A stretch of DNA of 64,000 bases from Prorocentrum cordatum (taxonomy: Eukaryota). Of this stretch, positions 37,995 through 50,700 are shown piece by piece. The notes below the pieces were generated by a model. The model saw only the letters and a program-made list of their open reading frames with translations. It was not told the DNA's origin and searched no databases. The stretch spans positions 1 to 64,000 of the forward strand of contig CAUYUJ010000068.1 of the NCBI GenBank assembly GCA_963575745.1. Reading direction: 5' to 3'. Numbering within the stretch: the first letter of the stretch is position 1; each line of letters starts with the position of its first letter. A program made the translations under genes and the position numbers.

Positions 37995-40900
37995 TCAAGG
38001 CAGCAACAGTGGCAGGCGGGGCCCGCCTGCGGAGCTGGATGAGGCGGGCTTTGGCCAGCTTCTCCAAACGCTCTCGCGGTGCTCTGACACGCGGGGCCAC
38101 CACTTAGCTTCATGGTAGCACGTGTAGCACGAATCAATATACAAGGCGACACTGATGAGCTGGGAGAGACCAAGGGGGAGAAGCAGGAAGAGAGAGGCGC
38201 GAGCAGAGGCAGAAGCGGAGGCAAACGAGGACGGGAGCGAAGGGAGAAGACAGCACACGGGCGAGAAGCAGGGACAGACAATAATGTGAAGCATGCAGTC
38301 GGCAGAGGCCATGTCACAAAATCTACAATTGAGAGTAACACCTCGGAACCGACGCGAGGTGCACCAGGAATTACAAAACGTGCGTATTACATTCGCTACA
38401 ACACAGGCAGGAGCATGTTTGCAAAGACGCTGGAGAGCAATATACATAAGATCAAGTTGGGCAGGGGATGGAGGCGAGCCGAACTTCTTAAGCCTTACCT
38501 CAAGAATCGACCGCAACGAAATCGGGGACAGAGCGAGGAGGGCGGACTCAGTCACGGCTTGAATCTTGGGGGGGCCGAAGGGCGGGGCGGTCGGGATGGA
38601 CGTGAGCTTACGAAAGTTGGTAATCATGGCGCACACGACTGACGACTTCCACACCTTGGACCATTTCCATACTACGAGCATGTTGTCCGCATCACTCTCA
38701 TCTTCGAAGAGGGCCCTGGCGTCGTCGAAAGCGGGCGACATGATCGCCGCTCTGTACATGGCTGCTCGACTTGCCGCCTCGAGAGAACGAGCCTGAGTCG
38801 GGAAACCCCAATCACGGAGCTGCTGCAGGAGGTTCTGGGGGAGACCATTGCTCGGGGCGTTGGTCACGCACTGCTGAGCTTTACGTGCAGCCTGAAGAGC
38901 CTGCTTAGTGGGGGGGTAGAACTGAGCAACACGCATCAGTACCGAGAAAGCCAGGAGGCTCACCATGAGAAGGGATTTGCATAACCCAGCCCCGGCATGT
39001 TTGATTTCATGAGCCCGCGAGATACACTTCATAGCAGGAGGACCCCAACTGGCGTTTCGACCATCTTCCCCAATATATACTCCAAGATACTTGCCTGCGC
39101 GCTGGAAAGTAAGGCACTCGGCGGTCCTCACACCAGGGGCGACCATTCTCTCACAGCACTGTTCCCGTGTCAGGTCGCCAAGCGGAACAATGACCGACTT
39201 CTCAAGGTGAATGTGAAGACCTGCAGCTGCACCGGCAATCTTTCATGCAGGTAAGAGACCACGGAAGGCGGAGAAGACATCGGCAGCGGCAACGCCGATG
39301 TCGTCCGCGAAAGCTGCTAAGCATGAGAGACGCCTGGGAATGCGGGCGAGCATGAAACGGATAAGCGGGTCAAGGGCGAGGCAGAAGATGGTACCTGAGA
39401 GCGGGCGTCCTTGCTTGATCCCACGAGAGGCTACGAAGGAGGCCTTGCGGATCCCATTGAAGTTGATGTTGATTTTAACGTCGTTGTATAACGCGTGCAC
39501 GACATTGATGACGAAGGAAGGAATACCCATGGCCCGAAGGACCCAGAAGATAAAACTGTGCAATAAACTAGGAAAAGCAGCCCGAACATCGTAATAAATG
39601 GTCCCCGCGTTTTTGGTGGCCGTACTGGGCAAACCAAGACACTGCCCTACTCTCGAGGTTGATAATATTCTCGTTCATGTAACGGCCAGCGATAAAACCT
39701 CGCTGATTGCCAAGCACAGTTTGGGCAGCGACCCCAGAGAAGGACCTGTTGAGGGCGACGGAGACCAGCTTGTTATCAGAGTTACCAAGGGTAATGGGGC
39801 GAGTAACCTCGGGCTTACGAATGATGCGCTGGGGGGTGTCATCTGGGTCGCTGCCCTTGGCGAGAGAGACGGCCATGCCATGGTTAAAACCGACGGGGGC
39901 GCTTCCATTCGCGAACATCTCGGAATAAAGCCCATAAAGAGTGTCGACAACTGCGGGCCCTCCCTTGGGATAACAACTGCACGGAATGCTGTCGGGGCCA
40001 GGGGCAGAGTCCGAAACCTTGGAAAGGAGGCAGGCAAACTCCTGAGGATCAAGCTTCCAGAGGATTCCAGGAGGGCAAGGTAGAACGAAATCCCTAAGCA
40101 GTTGTCGGTCCTCTATGGAGCAGTCGACACACGAATGCACTTGGCCCCAGTAGGCTGCGAGCTCGGTGGCGACGCACTCAGGATCTGTGATGGCCTTGCC
40201 AGTCGGATCCGAGACGCCAGATAGAGAAATGCGCCGATGCTTCCTTCCCCACGCTGTTTGGTATTTGTAGAGCTTGATTTTGACGCCACGCTTGCGGGAG
40301 TCAGAAACGGCTTGCTGCCCGACTTCGTTGATTTGCTGAGAGATGAGCTCGTGCTTCATTTCGTTCAGGTGGGAATGGAAGCTCCGAACGTCTAACCACA
40401 TGGCAGACTCTGGGTCGAGGAAGCGGCCCAGCACGGGGTAGGCCAGGACAGCCTTGCGCACCAGCCAGAGCTGCCCTCGCAGCGTGCCTCGAAGCGCTGA
40501 AAGAGACCATGCAATTTTCTCAGCCAGCGACTTGTTGGTCTGCTCAGCGCTGAAGTTAATGACATCCTTGCACGCCTGCACAAGGATGTCCTTGGTCTGC
40601 GAGTGCTTTTCGAACGGATCGTCCGAGAGCGGTCCCACCAAGGAAAGTAAATTACTGACAGCGACAGGAAACTGCGAATGTTTGGTGACCCACCTTGGAA
40701 CACGAAAACCACAGCTGGGCCCAGGGCTGAGCGTAAGACAAACGGGGGCATGGTCCGATAGTTTGCCGACCTTCGAGGCGGGCTCCAGGGTGAGGGCCTT
40801 GGGGTGGTATTCAAGTATGGTAGCGCTGAACATGTTTGTGTAACTACGATCGATACGGCTGTAACTTTGCACGACTTGAACTCCTTCCTCCTCCTGAGTC

Positions 40901-41711
40901 ACCCTGTGCGCGAAGGCGGGTTGCTCGACCTCGCACAGATCAGCGAAGCGCTGCTCGAAGAAAGCGGCGGCGTCGGCACTGGAGTAATGCACCGCGCCCG
41001 GAACATGGAAGCTGCCCTCTCCCGCCGCAGGAAAGTTGAAATCGCCTGAGACGAAGCCCGTAGCCACGGAGGGGGGAGAAGTGCGCGTCTGACAAGCATA
41101 AGCTGATGTTTCTGGTCATGAAGAGCGCGACAGGGATCGAGATGGATGTTGAGAAGCTGCAGCGCCCCACGGCTGCCCCCCAGCGCGAGAGACTGAATTC
41201 GGCCCTGTACGAGGACGGAGTAGCGACAGCATTGGAAATGACTTCGAAGATCAGGGTGCAGAAAAATGAGAGCACCTCCCGCAGACCTGCCATCGAAGAT
41301 GGACCCAATACCCCAAACGTCATGGACTTCAGAACACAGCCTCTGGAGGTCGAACTTGGTGCCTCTAGCTTCCTGAATGCAAACCACCTGGTACTTCTGG
41401 ACATAGGATACTAGGCGAGACATTTTGCTTTTGACGATGCCCAGAATCGAGGTGATGCCTCCAAAAAGCGATCGAGCGTGCCACGAAACGATACTCAAGT
41501 GAGACTCCCAGATAAACGGCGAGTGAGTCCAATCCCCAGGAAACGGAGAGAAGCAAGACGGCCCAAAGGGCGACGGTAAACAGGACCCACTCGACGAGGT
41601 CGAACCAGTAGAAGACCCAGACGAGCCAGAAGAGGAGGACGAGGCGGTCGAAGAGCTCAGACATCTAGTAGAGGAAGGCGACTGAGGGTAGGGAACACGC
41701 ATCCCAGCCAC
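37995..41711 (-). pseudogene. LINE ORF2 (endonuclease-reverse transcriptase), broken into four ORF segments
   Basis: APE: SIVSWHARSL, VCIQEARG, SGDFNF, RIDRSY, SDHAPV. RT: APGPDSIP, RPITLGN, QRGFIAGR, YDVRAAFPS, GIKQGRPLSG, AFADD, KYLG. C-terminal CRFC..D...HIIVC. Confidence 0.92.
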
Positions 41712-41747
41712 GATGGCTGGATCAGACCTGGTCGGCGAGGCACTCTT

Positions 41748-42686
41748 TCAAGACGAGCGCGCGGCTGTGATCATTGAGCTGGCCTGGTCAGCCGAGATCT
41801 GAAAGGTGGCGATGCCGACGGGGTGAGGAGAGATCTCGAACTGGCCGACGTCCTGCTCAGAAACTGAGAAGAGCTCGTGAACAACGTCGCTGACAGCGCA
41901 GAAGAGGATGCCCTTGAAACCGTTGACCCCGAGTTTGTGCGTGGCGTCGTTCCACTGACCAGTCTGCCGAAGGTGAGCATTGACCAGCTGCCAGATCTTT
42001 CCGAGGAACTTATTCTTGTGGCGAACGGAGGTCGGGGCGTCGCGGCGGCAGCGAAGCTGGACCTGTGTGTTGGAGTGGGAGTCGTTCCACAAAATGCCCT
42101 GGGCACGAGCGTGGCCGATGAAGGAGGGCGCGTCAACGTTGCTGGCGAACTGGATTGACTAGCTCTTGGCGGGATTGTGGCCCTTGATGACGATGCCTGC
42201 CTGCCTGATGTGCGTAGGCAAGCTCTGCACGAGGAGGTCGCCGTGCTGCTCAAGAGAGGCCTTGAGCATGGGTCTGGTGAAGCCGCCGACCCAGACTTTG
42301 AGCGGGTCGAACTCATCATCGTGTGATCGGCTAGTGCTGCTGCCCGCAGTAGACGGCGGCGTACCAGTACGGCGTCGCGAGGTGGGAGGACCAGAGCTGT
42401 CAGAACTGCCACTGGAGCGCGACGACTGAGACGACTCGATGGCGGCCATGCGCTGCTCCATCTGGATACGCAGAGTGGCGACGGCGGCAGCGTCCGAGGA
42501 GGTGGCGATGCGGGGCTCAATCGTGTTGATCCTCTGCGTGAGCGTAGCCATGTTCCTGTCGTGCGACATGATGCTCTCTTTGAGGGAGTCGAGCGCGGAC
42601 ATAGAGGACTCGACGGTGGCTAAACGCTGGTTGGCACCCCCTAGCTGCTGCAGGATCTGCTTGATGCCTTCCTCGACCGACGACAT
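41748..42686 (-). pseudogene. LINE ORF1 (coiled-coil-like N-terminus, possible RRM-like region), one in-frame stop at 42159
   Basis: ATG at 42686 (MSSVEEGIKQILQQL...), heptad-like stretch, then KVWVGGF. The same frame continues in track ORF 41748..42092, directly upstream of ORF2. Confidence 0.7.
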
Positions 42687-42816
42687 GGCGAGAACTGGGA
42701 GAGTGTCTGGAGACTGGGAGAAACAAAGACGGGAACTGGGAGAGTGACCGCCCAGGCACGACACCTGGGATGGCTCCGAACGGAGCTGCCCACTCAAATC
42801 GCGGATTGCCCTGCAA

Positions 42817-42853
42817 CTTGAGCCAAAATGGCTTGAGCCAAAATGGCTACGGA
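42817..42853 (-). other. Dinoflagellate spliced leader (22 nt, 42853-42832) plus tandem 15-nt relict SL (42831-42817)
   Basis: Minus strand reads TCCGTAGCCATTTTGGCTCAAG CCATTTTGGCTCAAG, an exact match to the DinoSL consensus DCCGTAGCCATTTTGGCTCAAG. Confidence 0.97.
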
Positions 42854-43759
42854 AGGAGGAGGAGGAGGAGGAGGAGGAGGAGGAGGAGGAGGAGGAGGAG
42901 GAGGAGGAGGAGGAGTATGTAGACGATGCGAAATGACACGCGTGCACCATGGCATAGTATGTCCAGGCCGAGGGGGAGGACCCGCTGGAGCCTCCAAGGG
43001 CCCCCGAGGACACTGCAGAACACCCTGATGGTGTTTTGCCTCTTTGGGTCGCGGGAGATGCCTCTGGTGATCTTGCCCTCCTCCTCCTTCTCCTTCTTTT
43101 TCTCCTCTTCCTCTTCCTTTTTCTCCTCTTCCTCCTCTTCCTCCTCTTCCTCCTTCGTTCTCCATCATCACTCCTCCTCCCTCCTCCCCCTCCTCCTCCT
43201 CCTCTCCTCCTCCTTTTCCTTTTCCTTCTCCTCCTCCTCCTCCTCCTTTTCCTCCTCCTCTTTCCTCCTCCTCTTGCTCCTCCTCCTCCCATTATGCTCC
43301 CCCTTTACCCCCTACTCAGCCTCCCCCCTCCTCATCATGCTCATCCCTTTACTCCACCTCCACCTCCTCCTCCTCCTCCTCACTCCCATTCATCTTCGTT
43401 CGTCCTGATACAGGTGGTGCCGCAGAGAGGTGGGAAGGAGGAGGAGGCGGGATGAGGGATAGCTGAGGGAGGAACTAGGGAGGGAATAGAAAGGACAAAG
43501 AGGAGGGAGGAGAAGGAGAAAGAGAGGGAGGGTGGAGTGATGCGGTGCTTGAGGTGGAGGATGTTGGAGGAAGGAAGTAAGGAGGAGGGAGAAGAAGGGG
43601 AGGAAGGGAGGGCGGGATAATCCCACCAGCCCTTTGGGCGTAGGTGGTCTAGGGAGGCCCCTGTACCAACCCCCTTCTTCCCCTTCGGGGAGGGTTTTAC
43701 CCCTCCCCAAACCCCCTCCCCTGGACCTGGAGGCGGCGAGGCGTTGGAGCGTCTAGGAT

Positions 43760-44110
43760 GGACCAAGACGGCTCCAAGAGGGACTCAGAGAGCCCAAGAT
43801 GACCTCCCAAATGGATCAACATAGTCTTAGATGCGGCAAGATGGCTCCCAAGATGCTCCAAGAGACCCCACGACCGCCCCAAGATGGCTCCAAGCGGCCA
43901 ACGAGCTCCCCAAGGAGGCCCCGAACAAGCCCAAATCCTGCTAAAACCTAAAAATGTGGTTTGATTTCTCGCCTTTTCGCTTCCCGTGGCCATCCGAGGC
44001 CTCAAGAAGCCCCCAAGATGGCCCACGAGGGCCCCAAGAGAGGCTCAAGAGAGCCCCAAGACGGCCCCAAGAGCGCCCCAAGAGGCGATTTCGTGGGCTC
44101 CCGGAGACTC
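43760..44110. repeat. CCCCAAGA-rich degenerate repeat family; similar tracts at ~3700-4020 and ~63420-63720
   Basis: Recurrent GGCCCCAAGA / CCCAAGATGGC motifs. Confidence 0.7.
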
Positions 44111-45330
44111 CGAGAGGCATCTTTGAAGCTTCTGGCTATTCTGTTCGCCGTCGTCTTCCTCTTCCTCATCCACGTATTCCTCCTCCCCTCTCCTCCCTCC
44201 TCCTCCTCCCTCCTCCTCCTCCTCCTCCTCCTCCGCCTCCTCCTCCTCCTCCTCCCTGCTACTATACTCATCCCTCCTCCCTTCAGCTCGTCCTGCGCCG
44301 TCTTCTTTCCTTCCTCCTCCTCCTCCTCCTCCTTCTCCTCCTCCTCCTCCTCCTCCTCCTCCTCCTCCTCCTCCTCCTCCTCTCCTCCCTTTGTTCTTCG
44401 GCATGCTCTCCCGCTGGCCTGATCACCTCAACTCCCCTGGGCATCGTTGCTGCATGGGCTGGTGGGGATACGCGACGCGTCAAACATTGAACGAGGAATC
44501 ACATCATTGAACCGGGAATCACTGGAGGAGGAGAGAGGGCTGGCGGAGGGAGGAGGAAGGCGTCCCAGGCACGGCGCGCCACAACTCCGACGCGTCCCCC
44601 AGAGAGAGAGAGAGAGAGAGAGGAAGAGAGAGAGAGAGAGCGAGAAAGCAAGAGCGAGAGCAAGCGCAAGAGCGAGCAGGAGACACCGACGCGGCGACGC
44701 CGTGCAGAAGACCGACCAGCACGACCGGAGAACGAGCGGCCCCCACGCGCGGGGCCGCTCGGGGGCAGAAGAGGCCCGGGCGGCCCCGAGCCTCCGGGGG
44801 CCCCGCGGGCGGGAACTGCCTTGCTGCAGCAGGGCAGCGGTGCGCGCCCGCTGGCGCAGACTGCAGCCGTGGGTGGAGACATACAGCCGGCCCCCATGTC
44901 ACAGGGATGCGGCGACGAGAAGGACGCCCAGGGCCTCGGAGGGCCCTTGCGGAGCTTGTCGGGCGGGGCGGGGCCGGCGAAGAGGTGGCCAAGGGTGGCC
45001 AAGTGTGGGCCGAAGGTGCCCTTCTCGTTGCACCGGCCCTGCAGACGTGCTGCAGCAAATTTCTGCGTGGATGTCTGCCCGAAGCGGCGAGCGACAAACG
45101 GAATGAAATTCGCGTGGATGTTTTTTGGTCCTCACTCCTGGCCAAAGAAATCCGGAACGACATTCTCCAGGACACTCCGGGCCCATCCTATCGTCTTCCG
45201 AACGAAATCCGCTCTGCGATATTGGCGCCATGACACGTAGGAGAATCGCCCATCCTTACCAGGCGGGTTCACTGTGCTCTCCATGCTTCGTTTTCATCCA
45301 GGTTGGAGGGTCGAACTTCGGGTTCGGATT

Positions 45331-45484
45331 AGGTCGGGTGTCCCCCTACAGGCGGATTTTGCGCGAAAAATCACAAATACTGAAAGAATACCCCAACATA
45401 GTCAAAAAATGATCAAACAATAGTCCCCAGACGAGTTTTCGACTATTCTCGAATCTTCCTCCTGTAGAGGGACAGGCCCGACTT
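45331..45484. mobile_element. ~155-bp MITE family with GTCGGGC..GTCCC.CTACAGG TIRs; copies at 46316-46458, 57337-57493 and an expanded one at ~6839-7474
   Basis: In the 57337-57493 copy the terminal 24-mers match as reverse complements at 21/24; the interior is AT-rich. Confidence 0.75.
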
Positions 45485-47259
45485 AAGGTTAGGAGTGTCC
45501 TGTTGCAGGAGGGGCCCGGCGGTCGACCCGTGACCGCGGGCCGGTCGCGCACGCGCGGCACGTCGAGTGCACGAATAGCTGATTTCCGTCGCCCTCCCAT
45601 CTCCTCCCCCCTCCTTCGCAAGCACGCCAGTCAATACGACATCCTGTGTTCTTCTTTCGCGGCCAGCTTTTCTCGTCATGGCAGGCCTGTTGTACAGTAC
45701 TGTCATCCCCACGAGTGGGGCGTGACGCTTTCGGGCGTCCGGTCGGACCTTTGTTGTTGTTTGTCGGAGGGCCAGTGCTGGAGTGAGAGAAAACGAGGGC
45801 CATGACCTAACACTGAGCGCGGAGACGTCGGTATCGATCTCGGTCGTCGTCAGGCTTGGTCATCGTCAATTTTCGTGGATCGTCCTCGCGAATCGTCCTC
45901 ACGGTCGGCAGGGACGATGACCATGACCAGTGTCGAAGAGATTATGTGACTTATGTTGCTCCCATCGTACTTAAAGATCTCATCCCATAAATAATTTCGA
46001 GCACCCGGAAAAGTGTCGAGATAATGTCGAAACAGTGTCGGGCGAGTGTCTCCCATGGCCCGTCACGTGAGAACCCTCGAGTTCTGGTACTTTTTTGGTG
46101 CTCGAGATTCTTTCTCGTGATCAAGGCTGAAATAGGTTGCAACATCATAAACCGTGGAATCTCGACCGCGGTCGAGAGGCGCTGCTGCCCTCGAGGTCGG
46201 TTGGGTGCGCCTGCAGGTCCTCCTGCATGGCCTCCAGCAGGTCCTTGATCATCTCCACGGCCTGGCATGCGGGCGGCCCCGCCGCGCACGACCCGTGATG
46301 GGGGCTCGGGATTCGGTCGGGCGTGCCTTCCTACAGGCGGAGATTGGACGAAACATCAAACAAAATGTCAAGGAACGTGCAAAAGCAGTCCAAAACATTG
46401 TCTACTACTATTTCTCTGCGATTTCTGAAACTTCCTCCTGCAGAGGGACGTGCCCGACGTGAGCCTGGCATGCGGGCGGCCCCACCGCGGACGACCCGTG
46501 ATGGGGGGCTCGGGACAGCGAGCGCCCGTGTTGGCGGGGGAGGCCCCAGGCGCCCTTGGCCCAGGGCGCCCCCAGCTCCTCGTCTCCATCCTGGAGCCCC
46601 CGGGGGCCCGCTCTGGGCCCTCGTGGACGGGTGCTCATGGAGAGGCCGTGGCGGCCTCCGTGGACATCCTCCCTGACCTTCCAGAGAGCTATTTTTTAGC
46701 ACTGGATACCTAAAACCTAAAAAGCCGAGCGAAACAGCCTAAAACCAAGACGTATAATAGCTTTGGGATAGGTTTTTAAGTCGGGTGCTATTTTGCAGCC
46801 CTCCTGGAAGGTCAGGGCTGGGCACACCCCGGGCCAGGGGCACCTTCCCCGAAGGGGCGGGGGGGCCCCCGAGAGGTGAGGGTCGAAAGGGCCCGTCGGC
46901 CCTCGCAAGCCGAGGCTTTGGGGAGGGGATCGGACGCTTTCGGAAGGGCTTCGCGGAGCGCTTCTGGCCCACTGCGGGGCCTCCGGGGCCTTCCTGGGGT
47001 CCGGACCCACGGCTGCAGCGAGACTTGCTCAGGGTACCAGGGGGCCCCCACTGAGGGCTCCCAATTTCGCGTTTCGCGCTGCGCGAAACGCGAAGTGCGA
47101 ACAACTTCGCGCTCCCGCGCCGCCTCCCAGGGGAGAAGAGGAGGACGAGGAGGAATCGGAGCCGAACCGCGAAGCGCGAATTCGCGCCATCGAGGACGCC
47201 CCTGGTCCACGAGGGTCTAAGGGGACTCTGTGGACCACCTCAGGTCAGGTCATATCGGA

Positions 47260-47760
47260 GTCCAAGATTGGAGCCCAGAAGTGCGCGGACGTCTCGGGCG
47301 ACACAGGCCGCGCACGCTGCATCTCCGAGCCCAGACATGCGAGGGCGTCCCAAGCGAAAGTGGCCAGACCATCTTTCGCGCAGCATCTGACGACGTCTCA
47401 GAAGGAACGGTCCTGACCGGCTCACGTGAGGGCATCTTTGAGCCCAGAGTTGCTAGGTTGTCTCAGGCGAAACTGGCCAGAAAATGTTACACGGCATCTC
47501 TGAACCCAGAGTTGCGATAATTTTTCTGGCGAAACTGGATGGACAACCTCGCGCGCTGCAACTTCGAGCCCAGATGTTTCTTGCGGAACTGGCTGGGCCA
47601 CATGCGTGCTGCATCTCCGTGCCCAGAGATGCGGGGACGGCAGCATTTCCGAACCCAGAATTGCGAGAATGTGAAGCCAAATTGGCCAGACCACCACCTC
47701 AGTTCAGAGCATCTCCGAACCCAAAATTGCGAGGATGTCTCTGGCGAAGCTGGCAAGACC
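47260..47760. repeat. Degenerate minisatellite (GCATCTCCGAACCCAGA...GGCGAAACTGGCCAGA)
   Basis: The motif pair recurs repeatedly with variable spacing. Confidence 0.75.
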
Positions 47761-50700
47761 ACCCCCGATGTTCGCGGATGTCTCTTAGTGCTGGCCCCTT
47801 TACCAGGACAAGTTTCTACCGCAACAAGACCCCAGTCAACGCAACTGTTTGGGAAACGCGGTAACGGAAGGCGTGCGAACGGGAGCAGAGGGGGGACACG
47901 AGAGACAAGGCACCGACAGGAGGGGAAGAGGGAACGAGAGGCGACATGTCCAGCTGGGCTTCCCTGGTTGTGCCACGCTTCTGATGGTATGTATGATACT
48001 GGCATGTGTACGCGCTGGCAAGACAGCGCGGCCCAGACAACCCCTTGGACAACCCCGCAAAGATCCGGACAAACCCCCACGGACGAACCTCCCCAGGGTT
48101 TGTTCCATAATCTATAAGAACATATATCACATGTTGGTGGGATCAACCATACGACTTAGCTGTCAAGTTCAACTAAAAACTTGTCTTGGGACCCCGAGAA
48201 AGACGACGACTTCACCATCGAAATCGACAAAGGCACCCCTACAAATGGACAGCTTAACGAAGCGATTGGTGCAAAGTTATACGGGTAACAGTGCGATATG
48301 GATCCATACCAGCGCACGCACATTTAATATTTACTACGTGAGCTACATCTTCGCCGAGACAGATTTGGACAACAGTGCGAAACTCCACTGCCAGCCCACG
48401 ACCACAACCGGGAGCCAGTACTACGTTATGTGGACGCCCAGGGCTCCCAGGGCAACCCGATTACGCAGGATGTTGTCAACAACTACTGCCTACCATCCAC
48501 GCTAGGGAACCACAACTTTTTGGTCTGCGGGTCGGGAGCGGGCCCCTTCCGGTCAAGAGCTAAACGGGACGCGGGTAGCCCTAATCAGGGAGACAGGGCG
48601 CGGGCGGGCGGGGCCCCAGGCGGCCGGAGGGCTCAGGAAACAGGCGGCGCCGAAGAACTTGCACAGGACAGGGTGCGCCGTGGACTGGATCAGGGGGCGC
48701 GGTCCCGCAGGGAAAGTGGAATGGCGTTGCCGTCGTCGGCGCGCCAAGAACACCATCCTCGAGTGCTGCGCGAGGAGGGCCGTGAGCAAATCAACGTCCG
48801 CGAGGTAGAGGAAGACCAGGAAGGCGAAACGCACCAGGTGCCACCGACTGATAAGGAGGGGCCCAGGAGATGCGGACGACCACGAAGTCGGCGTGCAGCG
48901 TTGTGCAACCAGGTGATCAGAAGCGGCCTGGGGTGGTAGTCCAGCCCACGTTCAGGTAGCAGCCCCGAGGTTCGGCAAGAGGGCCGACTGTGTCCGCCTG
49001 CCGCGGGCCGGGCCAGAGCCGCGCTGCCCAGGGTGAGCGGGGCCGCCGAGGCGGCTAGGTGCAGAGCCAGCACCGGGCAGGAGCCACGCTGTGCCGGGCG
49101 CTGCCGCCATGGGAGGGGGGGAGAGCGAACGGGGGGGGGGAAGCGGGCAGGGAGGAGAGAGGCCAGCGTCCCACGCCGGCCGGAGTCCCGCCACCGTGCA
49201 CAAGGTGCACGCGTGGGGACACGTCCCAGTACGCACAGGTAAGGCCCGAGGCCCCAGCGCGGGCGCGCCACGCACGTCGCCGTCGTGCGGACGCCTCTCA
49301 GGCAAGAACAGGGGGGGCACAGAGTCCCAGATTCTTGAGTCCAGTCCAGCCGATGGGCACAGGCGGGACACAGAGTCCCAATTTCTTGGATACAAGAGAG
49401 GAGGAGAGGAGAAGGAGGAGAGGGCAGCCCCAGGTGAACAGGTGATTGCCGAAGCAGGGCACAGGGGGAACACAGAGTCCCAGGCCAGGGAGACCCGACC
49501 AGCCGATACATACAGGTGGGACACAGAGTCCCAATTTCTTGGCATTCTTGGCAACAGGAGAGGAGGAGAGGAGGAGGAGCAGAGGGCAGGCCCAGGTGAA
49601 CAGGTGACAGCCAACACTTGGCCAGCATACGCCACACGGGCGAAGGGTATCAGGTGGCGGCGGGGGAAGGGGAACACGCGGCCCCAAGCAGGTTGAAAGG
49701 TGTGGGGTGGTTGGGGGCGGGGGCGCAGGTAATGGGAATTGCGGGCAGGGTGGGCCGTGGTTCAGCGGGTCGGGTGTGGCAGGGCCGGCGACAGTCAGCG
49801 CCGTGGGCGCTTCCCAGTTCAGGTGTCGCGGTGCCCGGAACTGCGGGCCTGGTCCCCGTCGCGTCCGTCACCCTTAGCGACCTCCCTTTTCCTCTGCACC
49901 TCCTGATAAAGCTCCTGCTCCCGCTCCCAATCCACGTAGACACCTGCGCTGCTGGACCATCGGTCCACTTGGTAGTTGCTGGCCTTCATGTCATCCGGGA
50001 ATGTGGTCGATGATCCACGGCTGCCAACGGCGTGGGTCGAAGGGCGCCTGGTCTTTGGACTTGCCCTTGCTCTGCTCCTTGTAGTTGTGCCGGCACCGCG
50101 AATGCCAGGCTACGTTGAACTGGTATCCTCCTTCCGTCTGCACCCTCTTCAGGTGTGTCACTACTGTCTCGCTTTGGAGGCGCTGCCAACCAGCGCGGCA
50201 CGCGGCGTGCGACCAGCTGGCGTCGGCGTGGTTGCGGTCGTCCTTGCAGTGGGAGCTGCGCGATTCTGGCTGGCGCCAAGGCGCGCTAGCCGAGCCCCAG
50301 CCGGAGTCCTCGGCCCGGTCCCAGTGGCGCCCCTTAGTTGTGTCCCAGTCCTTGGCATCGTGTTTGCGCCACGGCGCCCCCGCCGCGCTCGGGTTGCGGT
50401 CGCGGTCGCGGTCTCGCTCTCCTGCGCGCGGCCGGCCGTCCTCTCTGGACTCGCGCCTCACCGCCGTGGCATGCGGCTCCCAGGCGACTGGTTCCCGCAC
50501 CCTGCCGCGCGGGCGCTCTGGGGGGTGCGCCGAGAGCGGGGTGGGCGCCGGGCGCAGGTCCTCAGGGCCCCTGGAGCGGTGCCGCCTGCGCAGGTTCCGA
50601 TCGTCAGTCACGGCCTCGGGACGCAGGGTTGGCTCGGCGGAAGCGTGGGCGGCCCTCTGGTCGGGGCTGCGGGGGTCACTCTCGGGGCTGACGTGCCGCT

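Larger units (their letters stand above)
37946..42853 (-). mobile_element. Near full-length APE-type (L1/Tx1-like) non-LTR retrotransposon with a spliced-leader 5' end, flanked by (TCC)n
   Basis: Order is SL, 130-nt UTR, ORF1, ORF2 (APE, RT, CCHC). Both ends abut GGA/TCC microsatellite. No poly(A) tail is seen. Confidence 0.9.

Noticed and set aside
42817..42853. SL RNA gene
   Set aside because: The SL is followed by a relict SL and the LINE UTR, not by a GT donor and SL intron, so it looks like a retrocopied mRNA end.
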